From IMG/VR virus record IMGVR_UViG_3300042898_002817: DNA of 20,000 bases; one strand, written 5' to 3'. Shown here piece after piece: positions 1-7,179 of this stretch. How positions within the stretch are numbered: the first letter of the stretch is position 1; every line of letters starts with the position of its first letter. The translations under genes and the position numbers were made by a program. The notes under the pieces were generated by a model that saw nothing but the letters and a program-made list of their open reading frames with translations, searched no databases and was not told the DNA's origin. Origin of the DNA: an uncultured virus (IMG/VR IMGVR_UViG_3300042898_002817). Lineage: Duplodnaviria; Heunggongvirae; Uroviricota; Caudoviricetes.

Positions 1-425
1 CGATACTTTAAAATATCAAAAATAGTTACGCCTCGTTGTGTAAGATAATGAATTGCATTTCTATAATCAGGTGTATTTTTTTTGTTCCAAAGCGGAACGT
101 ATTCTTTTGGCAATTGTATTATTTCTTGTTTTTCCGTAGTTGTATCAACACGATATTTTGCTGATTCAATTATTCTAGCAAGTTGTTCAAAACGTTCTTT
201 TGGTAAATTTAATTGTTTAAACAAAGAAGCAATGCTTCGACCTTTTTTATCGGATATCCAACAATGCCAATGATTTTCTCCAGCACTAGTTGTTTTAATG
301 TTAATTTCTAGTTTGGGCTTGTAATGTGAAACAAATGGAGAAAAGAATGCAATGTTGTCTCCGGAAGTAGATTTTCCTTTACCTAATATAGATTCAAGTA
401 ACTGCAGAAGTTTAAGATTCTTCAT
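1..425 (-). CDS. DNA primase, N-terminal part (runs off the window's left edge)
   Basis: Not in ORF track. Manual translation from ATG at 425: MKNLKLLQLLESILGKGKSTSGDNIAFFSPFVSHYKPKLEINIKTTSAGENHWHCWISDKKGRSIASLFKQL...NAIHYLTQRGVTIFDILKYR, open to the edge. Layout matches a primase zinc-binding domain (xPFx-H-KPKL...WHCW) followed by the 'YLxxRG' motif of DnaG/T4 gp61-type primases. Confidence 0.85.
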   Translation of the reverse strand, partial: MKNLKLLQLLESILGKGKSTSGDNIAFFSPFVSHYKPKLEINIKTTSAGENHWHCWISDKKGRSIASLFKQLNLPKERFEQLARIIESAKYRVDTTTEKQEIIQLPKEYVPLWNKKNTPDYRNAIHYLTQRGVTIFDILKY

Positions 426-431
426 ATTATT

Positions 432-460
432 AATATAATAAAATTCTGAGCAGAATCCAA
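432..460 (-). promoter_or_regulatory. putative sigma70-like promoter TTGGAT-N17-TATATT directly upstream of primase
   Basis: Minus strand TTGGAT (460-455), 17-nt spacer, TATATT (437-432). The same architecture recurs at 570-598. A palindrome ATTCTG-AG-CAGAAT (443-456) overlaps the spacer. Confidence 0.55.
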
Positions 461-569
461 TTAATTATAATAATATTATATATTAAGCACATACATTACA
501 TTACTGGCTTAATGATCAATTCAATAAATGAATTAATCTATTAATTAAATAACTTCATTAATATACAAG

Positions 570-598
570 AATATATTAAATTAAATTGTAACTTCCAA
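570..598 (-). promoter_or_regulatory. putative sigma70-like promoter TTGGAA-N17-TATATT
   Basis: Minus strand TTGGAA (598-593), 17-nt spacer, TATATT (575-570), immediately after the endonuclease stop codon. Confidence 0.5.
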
Positions 599-600
599 CC

Positions 601-1083
601 TTACCCAAAAAAACTTTTCACAATAACCGGTGATTCATTTGTTTTTAAGCACTCAGCGAACCACTCCACAGGAATATCTTTTTTTGCTACATGTTTAATT
701 CCTAATTTTAAAGCATAAGCTTCATATGTAGTTGGCGATCCTTTTGATATTTTTTGTGTAGGAGTTTGGAATACCATGCGTATATCAATACCCGGGTTTG
801 ATGCTAATACATGTTTCATTTTAGCTCGATCAATGCTAGTCCACCGGCCTTTTGTTTCAATGTATATCAATTGACCATTACGTTTTGTAAATATGAAATC
901 AGGAGTATATTTTGCTTTACGTTCAGGTACCACGTAATTAAGTGTTTCTGTTTCGTAATTTAATGGATACTCTGCAGTTTTTATTTGTTCTGCAACTGTA
1001 TGTTCTAATCCAGATTTATAACCGTATTTTAATGCAGCAGCCCGTTTTGAATTGCCTGAGCTGTGGAAATGATTTTTTTTCAT
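601..1083 (-). CDS. T7 endonuclease I-like Holliday junction resolvase (PD-(D/E)XK nuclease)
   Basis: Motifs YKSGLE, YTPDF, IETKGRW, DRAKM..V....P..DIRMVF match the T7 gp3 endonuclease I family. Confidence 0.9.
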   Translation of the reverse strand: MKKNHFHSSGNSKRAAALKYGYKSGLEHTVAEQIKTAEYPLNYETETLNYVVPERKAKYTPDFIFTKRNGQLIYIETKGRWTSIDRAKMKHVLASNPGIDIRMVFQTPTQKISKGSPTTYEAYALKLGIKHVAKKDIPVEWFAECLKTNESPVIVKSFFG

Positions 1084-1112
1084 AACTTGTATTATAATTA
1101 AGAGTTGATTAA

Positions 1113-2873
1113 TTAATCAGCAAGTCCTGGATTTTTAATTGGCTTACGATATTTGCCTTTTTTATTATAAAAATCCTGAGCTTGTTTGTTTGTAACTGTT
1201 TTTTTCGGGTTTCCTTTAAATGCTGCGTTTTGAACTCCAGACAGATAATCCCATTTAATTTTAAAATCCGTAGGTGCTCCTGTGAATGGATTTTGTATAC
1301 GTAAATATACAGTCATAGACCCGCCTTTACGTATCATGTCAATTACATCATCTTTTCTTCGATTAATTTCTTTAATATTTTTTTGAGTAGCTGTATTACG
1401 TATCTTTGCTGCTGCAGCTAATTTTGTGCCCCATGCTTTATTCCATGCTGATTTAAACCATGCAATTCCATTTTCATTAGCATTTGATCTAAATGATAAT
1501 CCATTCCAACGTAAGTATTTCTTCCAATAATCATGTGGATTTGTTGTTGTTATTTTTCTTAAATCTTTTGCAGCGTCTAAACAAAGTTGATATGCTTTTG
1601 TTAATGCAACTTTTTCAGTGTCGCCTTTTATTATATCATCTTTTTTAATGTCATCTTTTTTAATGTCAACTTTTACAGGATCTAATAATACCGGTGCGTT
1701 AGTTATTAATTTTAATTGATCATCAGTAAAATTAAATTGTTCTGTTAGTTTTATTTTAGACTGCATTTTATCAATTAATGTTTGCTGGAAGTCAGGTTCT
1801 AGAATTTTTCCGTCTTTATTTGTATAGTTAAATATTATCTTAAGATCTACAATTAATCTACTAGTTAATGGCCCATAATATCCTGTCATTTTATCAGTCG
1901 CTATAAAAGCTTTCATGTTAGGCGTAAGATTTGACCCAGCTTTTAGCTGAGTTTTTAATTCATCTTGAAATATTTTTAAATCAACGTTGTCTTTCATGCC
2001 AAAGGTAAATGTTTGCATTTTTATTGATGATCCATCGATGTTTACGTTTTCAACTTCGCCTGAGCCTACTTCTTGTTTGTTAGTATTAGCAGTAACAGAC
2101 CCATTATCTGTTTTTGTATCATCAGCTGGTGCTACATTGTCTTCGTCAGACATAAATCCAGGAACTTCACTACCACTCGTAGACATTAATGGCGCTCCCT
2201 GTTTTGTTAATACTGTTATTAAATCTGCGGGCAATGTTGCATAGCCTGGGTCTTTATCAATAAAAATTATGTTTGAACCCTGGTTGATGTTCGTACGTTT
2301 GTCTGTTGAATCATATACTGCCTCTGCTGTACCTCGCGCTTTGTGATGTTGAGCTTCTAAGTCACCGGATTTTCGTCCTATTGTATTTGTTGCGTAACCA
2401 TCAACAACAACATCTGCGTTGCTATTATCCGGTTCTAAAAGATACTTTACTGCTGCATTAAACTTTGCAGAATTAAATGACTTCATAGTTTTAGCAGTTA
2501 CTATAATTACATTAGCAACATATTTTTTGTCTGGGGTTTTATGCATATTGCTGCCAACAAAATATGTATAATTTAAATATGAATTATAAGGAGAACTTGT
2601 TCCATATTGACTGTTTGTCTGTATCTTTCCACGCACCTGATCAAGACTAATCGGATAATTAGCTGAAATCTTAAATCCAAAACCATATTTACTGGTTAAT
2701 GCAATAACTTTATTATCAAGTTTAGATATTACTACTTTCTGAGCTGCCTCTGTTATAACTTGTTTAATTAGTTTATTTAAAATAGTATCACTATCTACTT
2801 GGTTTGTTAAACGTTTAACGGTAGTAGCTTCTACTACAACCTGTCTAATTATTTTATTTAATATTTTATCCAT
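1113..2873 (-). CDS. hypothetical 586-aa protein, possibly virion-associated, with a putative peptidoglycan-binding motif
   Basis: Long ORF preceded by the ATATTTAT motif. Duplicated N-terminal leader (DKILNKIIRQVVVEA / DTILNKLIKQVITEA). Segment FGMKDNVDLKIFQDEL...TGYYGPLTSRLIVDL resembles PG_binding_1. CDS is solid; function is uncertain. Confidence 0.7.
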   Translation of the reverse strand: MDKILNKIIRQVVVEATTVKRLTNQVDSDTILNKLIKQVITEAAQKVVISKLDNKVIALTSKYGFGFKISANYPISLDQVRGKIQTNSQYGTSSPYNSYLNYTYFVGSNMHKTPDKKYVANVIIVTAKTMKSFNSAKFNAAVKYLLEPDNSNADVVVDGYATNTIGRKSGDLEAQHHKARGTAEAVYDSTDKRTNINQGSNIIFIDKDPGYATLPADLITVLTKQGAPLMSTSGSEVPGFMSDEDNVAPADDTKTDNGSVTANTNKQEVGSGEVENVNIDGSSIKMQTFTFGMKDNVDLKIFQDELKTQLKAGSNLTPNMKAFIATDKMTGYYGPLTSRLIVDLKIIFNYTNKDGKILEPDFQQTLIDKMQSKIKLTEQFNFTDDQLKLITNAPVLLDPVKVDIKKDDIKKDDIIKGDTEKVALTKAYQLCLDAAKDLRKITTTNPHDYWKKYLRWNGLSFRSNANENGIAWFKSAWNKAWGTKLAAAAKIRNTATQKNIKEINRRKDDVIDMIRKGGSMTVYLRIQNPFTGAPTDFKIKWDYLSGVQNAAFKGNPKKTVTNKQAQDFYNKKGKYRKPIKNPGLAD

Positions 2874-2886
2874 ATCATACTTTTTA

Positions 2887-2894
2887 ATAAATAT
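2887..2894 (-). promoter_or_regulatory. putative late promoter core ATATTTAT
   Basis: Directly after the kinase stop and 13 nt before the 586-aa ATG; one of five gene-junction copies. Confidence 0.6.
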
Positions 2895-3461
2895 TTACCA
2901 ATCAACCATTACCATGTTACCATTCCATATCATTATATTATCTGACTTAAAATCTAGATCTAGATCCAAATCCGTAATATTTAATTTTTCAATATCTGAT
3001 CGTAATGCTTCTATAAAATTTATAATCATCGGGTCTATTCGTTTTAATCCTGATTGATCTACAAAATCAAAAATAGAAACTTCGCCGCCTTGTTCATATG
3101 CGTACACTTTATATTTTTCAACTATGCGATCAATACTTCGTTTTAAATTAGCAGATAATTTTTCTGCATTTGCCATCACAATAACATCAGTATATTTTGC
3201 TTGGCCTCCGTATAAATCTCCTACATAATACACCGGAATAAATGTAGAATAATCAGATATTTTATTTTGTATTTGCCGAGCAACTTCAATTTCATCTGTG
3301 CTAGTTGTTAGTTTAAAAACTAGGTCTTGATTATTAAATTTGTATACGCGCGCATTGTCCCCGGCGCCGACATATCGAAAATCTTGTGCTTCAATTCTTT
3401 TGCCTAGGTGTCGAATTTCTGCGTCAGTCATTTCAGATAAAATTTGTTTTAATTTTATCAT
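2895..3461 (-). CDS. minimal protein-kinase-like (Ser/Thr kinase fold) protein
   Basis: Gly-rich loop YVGAGDNARVY, beta3 Lys (LVFKLT), alphaC Glu (DEIEVA), hinge VIVM, catalytic loop DFKSDN (DxKxxN), metal-binding Asp in terminal VMVDW. ATGA overlap with the upstream gene. Confidence 0.8.
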   Translation of the reverse strand: MIKLKQILSEMTDAEIRHLGKRIEAQDFRYVGAGDNARVYKFNNQDLVFKLTTSTDEIEVARQIQNKISDYSTFIPVYYVGDLYGGQAKYTDVIVMANAEKLSANLKRSIDRIVEKYKVYAYEQGGEVSIFDFVDQSGLKRIDPMIINFIEALRSDIEKLNITDLDLDLDFKSDNIMIWNGNMVMVDW

Positions 3462-5041
3462 ATTTCCCTTACAATGTTATTTACTACTTTTGAATCTAGA
3501 TCTATTCGCAACAAAAAATTCATGTCGACATCAGGCCTATTGCGAATTGCTTGTGCTAATTTTCCTACTGCTAATAATTGACCATGACTATCATATAATC
3601 CTATAGTTGTAATATATGGCATAAATGAGCTACCAGTAACAAACGGCAAATACTTTATATCATCATCGCCGGTTAAACTTATATTTGAAGACATATTAAA
3701 ATCTCCTGCATTTAATTGTACTAGCACATTTAATTCATAGATTGTTTTTGTGCTACGATATGATGCTGTATATGGACATTGCAATATGTTATTTACTCGA
3801 TAATCTGCAGAAGATAATACTGCAAGTCCTTGCTTTGTAAAAATATTCCCAACATGTGCCGTTTGGAGAACCGTGCCGCCTTCTGCACGGTCATTTAATG
3901 CGGCTCGTTGACCTGAAGTTAACTGCTTATTATATATTCTAACTTCATCAATTGAACCTATTAGATTTGAGCTATTGGTGCTATACCCTCCAATTTTTAA
4001 TGTATCTTTGTTGTCAATTCTTGCAGTTAATATTAATGGATCGGTTTGCTGACTTAAAAACGTGGATGTATCTGTGCCTTGCAATGCATTGTTTGCATAC
4101 ATTTGAATAACACTGCCTGATTTTTGACAAACAATATGTGTCCATGAACTAGTAACATACACTGAAGATGTTACTAAACATTTAATATTCGTTGCCCCAG
4201 CAACAGTATAATGTATTTTACCTCCGACCAATTCAATGCGGAACGGATATGACGGAGTAATAGAGCTACTAGCTTTTGTTAATATTAAACCAGGCGTTAT
4301 AGCAGATGCACTACAAATAAAAAATGAAATAGCATAATCTGTTTCTCGTGTATATGAGCCATTGATATCAGTAGAAATAAATCCACTACCATCAAATTTT
4401 GCTGCTAATCCTAAAGATTTTTGTTGCCCGGTGGTAGTCGGTATGCCTGGTATATATGTAACTCCGGAGGATTCATACATGTTTCTAGAAGCATCGAATG
4501 ATTCATTAAATCCTTCATAAAATATAACATTGCTAATAATTGATCCGGTTGCATATGATGCATCAACAATGTTTCCAAATTTATCACTAATATATGAGCC
4601 AGAAACTGTGCTATCTATTTTAAATGAAGCAGGTTTTATGCCATCCCCAATTTTACGTTGCAATATTGAAAAAATTGATGCTGTTTCAAACAAATGTTTA
4701 AATGATACATTTAAATTTGTAGGGCCAAATGTATGTGCTGGTGTATCTTTGCGTTTATAGTATAAATGATCGATTCCAAAATATGTTATTGATTGCAATG
4801 AGCCATCTATATTTGTAGCATCATTATATGTTAATTCACTTCCTATAATAGGTAATACATTGATGTCTGTATAAATTCCTTGAGATGGTGTTATTAAATC
4901 ATGGCTTCCGGAATATGCGTACCATTGTTTATAAACATTGAATGGATAAACATTGATATCCGATACGTCTACTGATTTAAACACCGTCGGTATTGGTCCA
5001 GTATATGTATCTTCGTTATTTTGTATTTGTGAATATGACAT
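3458..5041 (-). CDS. virion structural protein with LamG/concanavalin A-like domain and tail-collar-fibre-like C-terminus
   Basis: LamG-type motifs WTHIVCQKSGSVIQMYAN, LKIGG, GSIDEVRIYNKQLT. C-terminal PYITTIGLYDSHGQLLAVGKL is shared with the adjacent 455-aa protein. Confidence 0.75.
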   Translation of the reverse strand: MSYSQIQNNEDTYTGPIPTVFKSVDVSDINVYPFNVYKQWYAYSGSHDLITPSQGIYTDINVLPIIGSELTYNDATNIDGSLQSITYFGIDHLYYKRKDTPAHTFGPTNLNVSFKHLFETASIFSILQRKIGDGIKPASFKIDSTVSGSYISDKFGNIVDASYATGSIISNVIFYEGFNESFDASRNMYESSGVTYIPGIPTTTGQQKSLGLAAKFDGSGFISTDINGSYTRETDYAISFFICSASAITPGLILTKASSSITPSYPFRIELVGGKIHYTVAGATNIKCLVTSSVYVTSSWTHIVCQKSGSVIQMYANNALQGTDTSTFLSQQTDPLILTARIDNKDTLKIGGYSTNSSNLIGSIDEVRIYNKQLTSGQRAALNDRAEGGTVLQTAHVGNIFTKQGLAVLSSADYRVNNILQCPYTASYRSTKTIYELNVLVQLNAGDFNMSSNISLTGDDDIKYLPFVTGSSFMPYITTIGLYDSHGQLLAVGKLAQAIRNRPDVDMNFLLRIDLDSKVVNNIVREI

Positions 5042-5046
5042 GATAG

Positions 5047-5089
5047 TTTAAGCCTAGGTACATTTAATATAAATATACCTAGGCTCAAA
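5047..5089 (-). promoter_or_regulatory. 20-bp RNA hairpin enclosing the putative late promoter (ATATTTAT at 5069-5076)
   Basis: Minus-strand RNA UUUGAGCCUAGGUAUAUUUA-UAU-UAAAUGUACCUAGGCUUAAA pairs fully, with two G-U wobbles, and ends 5 nt before the AUG at 5041. No U-tract follows. Confidence 0.75.
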
Positions 5090-5100
5090 TAATAGTTATT

Positions 5101-6468
5101 TTAAAAATCTAACTTAACTCTTATTAATGCTTCACGTTGAAACGATTTTAATAATGGTTTAGATAATTTAGCTACAGCCAATAATTCTAATCTATTATTA
5201 TATAGGCCTATAGTTGTAACATATGTTTTTGGATCATCAATAAAAGATTTTTCTTTTATTTGACCAACACTACCAGTAACATATGATGGATTATTTGAAA
5301 AATTATATTCTGCATTTTTAATTCTTACAAAAAAGTGCGTACTAGTAATTTTTTCAGTATTACGTGCTAAGAACACATATTTATCAGCCGTTAACGGATT
5401 TGTTTGTACGCCGCTTCCAGATATTGAATGAAACAACGAAAAGTGATTATTTCCTTCAGAACTAGATCCTGTATTTGTTCTAAAATTCAATTGTTGATCC
5501 AACATTTTTCCGTCTAATATCAAGGTACCATAATCCGGATATGCTAATCCATAATACACAGATTTACCACCAACTTTATAAATACCACCATTAATTGATC
5601 CAGAAACTATACTATATACACGTCCCGACTCTCCTAATTTAGCGCTAGCTTCTGATGAATCATCAATCAATGTTATAACAGATCCACTTGCAGTTAACGA
5701 CCCTGTTTTATTTGTAATATCAGTTGCATTAGTCATAGTAGCTAATGGTAATTCAAAGTTTCCTGGATCTAATCTTTCTTTTAATAAAGACCGTTTAAAA
5801 TTAATTACGTATATAGAATCAGTACTGCCTGATCCTTCTGTTGTAAATCTAGTATCTTCTGGAGATAATAATAATTGTCTGTATTGACCATATATGGCTC
5901 TACTAGGTGAATCATTTAATTGTCCCACTGATTGCGAACCACTACCCAATGCATGTCCATATGCAATTGAAAATTGTGTTGCACTAGTACTATCACTAGG
6001 TGTTGCATTTAAAATATCAACATAATATCTTCGTTGATCGGTTGTCTGCGCAGAGCTAGTAAACATGGTACTTAATCCTGCTACTCCCGTACTCCATACA
6101 GTTGCAGAAACAATTTCTGTTTGTTTTGAAATGATATCATTTACGGTATCAAAATTTGTATATGTACGGCCTGCCCTTGATAAATTTTTTGACGCTTCTT
6201 GTTGGTCAAACATTTGTTTGGCCAAAACTTGTGCTGCTGCATTAATTTGTTCATTTAATGCTGCCGTCGACATACCGGTAGCTTGTTGTGCCGGCATTGG
6301 TGTCGTCATGGGTTTAGATGTCGTCGGCGTAATCCTAGGAGGTGCTGGCTGAGCCCGGAGCTGAGCCTGAGCCCGGAGCTGAGCCTGCCGATTTTGTAAG
6401 CCACGCATCACGCTCGGTAAGATTCCATGTCGATGCTGTTGTTTTAATTGATTAACTAATGTTTTCAT
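5101..6468 (-). CDS. virion structural (baseplate/tail-collar-related) protein, paralog of the 527-aa protein
   Basis: C-terminal TYVTTIGLYNNRLELLAVAKLSKP...RVKLDF resembles the GL(F/Y)D..G.LIAVA half of phage tail-collar fibre N-domains (DUF3751-like). Ser/Gly/Thr-rich; lies in the baseplate cluster. Confidence 0.7.
   Translation of the reverse strand: MKTLVNQLKQQHRHGILPSVMRGLQNRQAQLRAQAQLRAQPAPPRITPTTSKPMTTPMPAQQATGMSTAALNEQINAAAQVLAKQMFDQQEASKNLSRAGRTYTNFDTVNDIISKQTEIVSATVWSTGVAGLSTMFTSSAQTTDQRRYYVDILNATPSDSTSATQFSIAYGHALGSGSQSVGQLNDSPSRAIYGQYRQLLLSPEDTRFTTEGSGSTDSIYVINFKRSLLKERLDPGNFELPLATMTNATDITNKTGSLTASGSVITLIDDSSEASAKLGESGRVYSIVSGSINGGIYKVGGKSVYYGLAYPDYGTLILDGKMLDQQLNFRTNTGSSSEGNNHFSLFHSISGSGVQTNPLTADKYVFLARNTEKITSTHFFVRIKNAEYNFSNNPSYVTGSVGQIKEKSFIDDPKTYVTTIGLYNNRLELLAVAKLSKPLLKSFQREALIRVKLDF
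6349..6387. repeat. GC-rich 18-bp tandem repeat CTGAGCCCGGAGCTGAGC x2 (encodes AQLRAQ units)
   Basis: Exact copies at 6349-6366 and 6367-6384 plus a partial CTG. Confidence 0.9.
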
Positions 6469-6489
6469 ATTATATTATATTTCTTTTTT

Positions 6490-7140
6490 TTAAATTGTTG
6501 CTGTCGTTGCTTTTTTAACTGTTATACGCATAGTGACAGTTCCACCGGTTTCGTTAGCTATAATAGTTACTGTTGCAGTTTTATCTTCAACCATTTGTGT
6601 TTTAGCTGTAACTTTAAACTCAAATCCAGAAACAGCTACACTTTGAGCATCTTCATTATCTCCAATAAATCTAGCAGTTGTAGGCATAATATTATTTTGT
6701 AACGCCTTAGTAACAATAATATCGCATACACTTGAATCAGATAATATTGCAGAATATCCTAAAGTGGCATTTCCTCCTCTAAAATTACTAGTGTCAGGAG
6801 AAATAATAGTGCTATTACCAGGTGCATTCAATGTAATAGAAGTATTACCAACATTGATAACTGGTATATTTTGTGTTTTTTTAGGCAATGTAATTAATTT
6901 ATATTTTAATGCTTGAGTTTCATCCGGGATTGCTTCAATTATCGGCATTCCTTCAATGATTGCACCATAATATGCTGTACCTAATGGGTGATCTGAATTC
7001 CATAATGAATAATCAACTTCATCATCTCCTAATGCAAATTGCGTAATATTAAATTCTCCAGCTCCGCGGGCTAAAAGTTCTCGTCCTTTAATTGTTAAAA
7101 TTGCGTCGACTGTAACGCTTGAATTATTTAAATATCCCAT
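6490..7140 (-). CDS. virion structural protein, tail-collar-fibre N-terminal-like
   Basis: N-terminus DAILTIKGRELLA....FNITQFALGDDEVDY resembles the ILT..G...LA....IT..A.GD start of tail-fibre baseplate-attachment domains. Upstream AAAGGA Shine-Dalgarno-like sequence and ATATTTAT motif. Confidence 0.7.
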   Translation of the reverse strand: MGYLNNSSVTVDAILTIKGRELLARGAGEFNITQFALGDDEVDYSLWNSDHPLGTAYYGAIIEGMPIIEAIPDETQALKYKLITLPKKTQNIPVINVGNTSITLNAPGNSTIISPDTSNFRGGNATLGYSAILSDSSVCDIIVTKALQNNIMPTTARFIGDNEDAQSVAVSGFEFKVTAKTQMVEDKTATVTIIANETGGTVTMRITVKKATTATI

Positions 7141-7152
7141 AATTTTTTATCC

Positions 7153-7166
7153 TTTAATATAAATAT
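7153..7166 (-). promoter_or_regulatory. putative late promoter ATATTTATATTAAA
   Basis: 14-mer identical to 5063-5076 and 18943-18956; ends 12 nt upstream of the ATG at 7140. Confidence 0.65.
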
Positions 7167-7179
7167 ATACATGTAAAAT

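Noticed and set aside
1636..1668. 15-bp duplication encoding DIKKD-DIKKD in the 586-aa protein
   Set aside because: Short low-complexity linker slippage with no evident further significance.
5047..5089. Hairpin as a rho-independent terminator
   Set aside because: No U-tract follows the stem on the sense strand, and it abuts the next start codon; reported as a regulatory hairpin instead.
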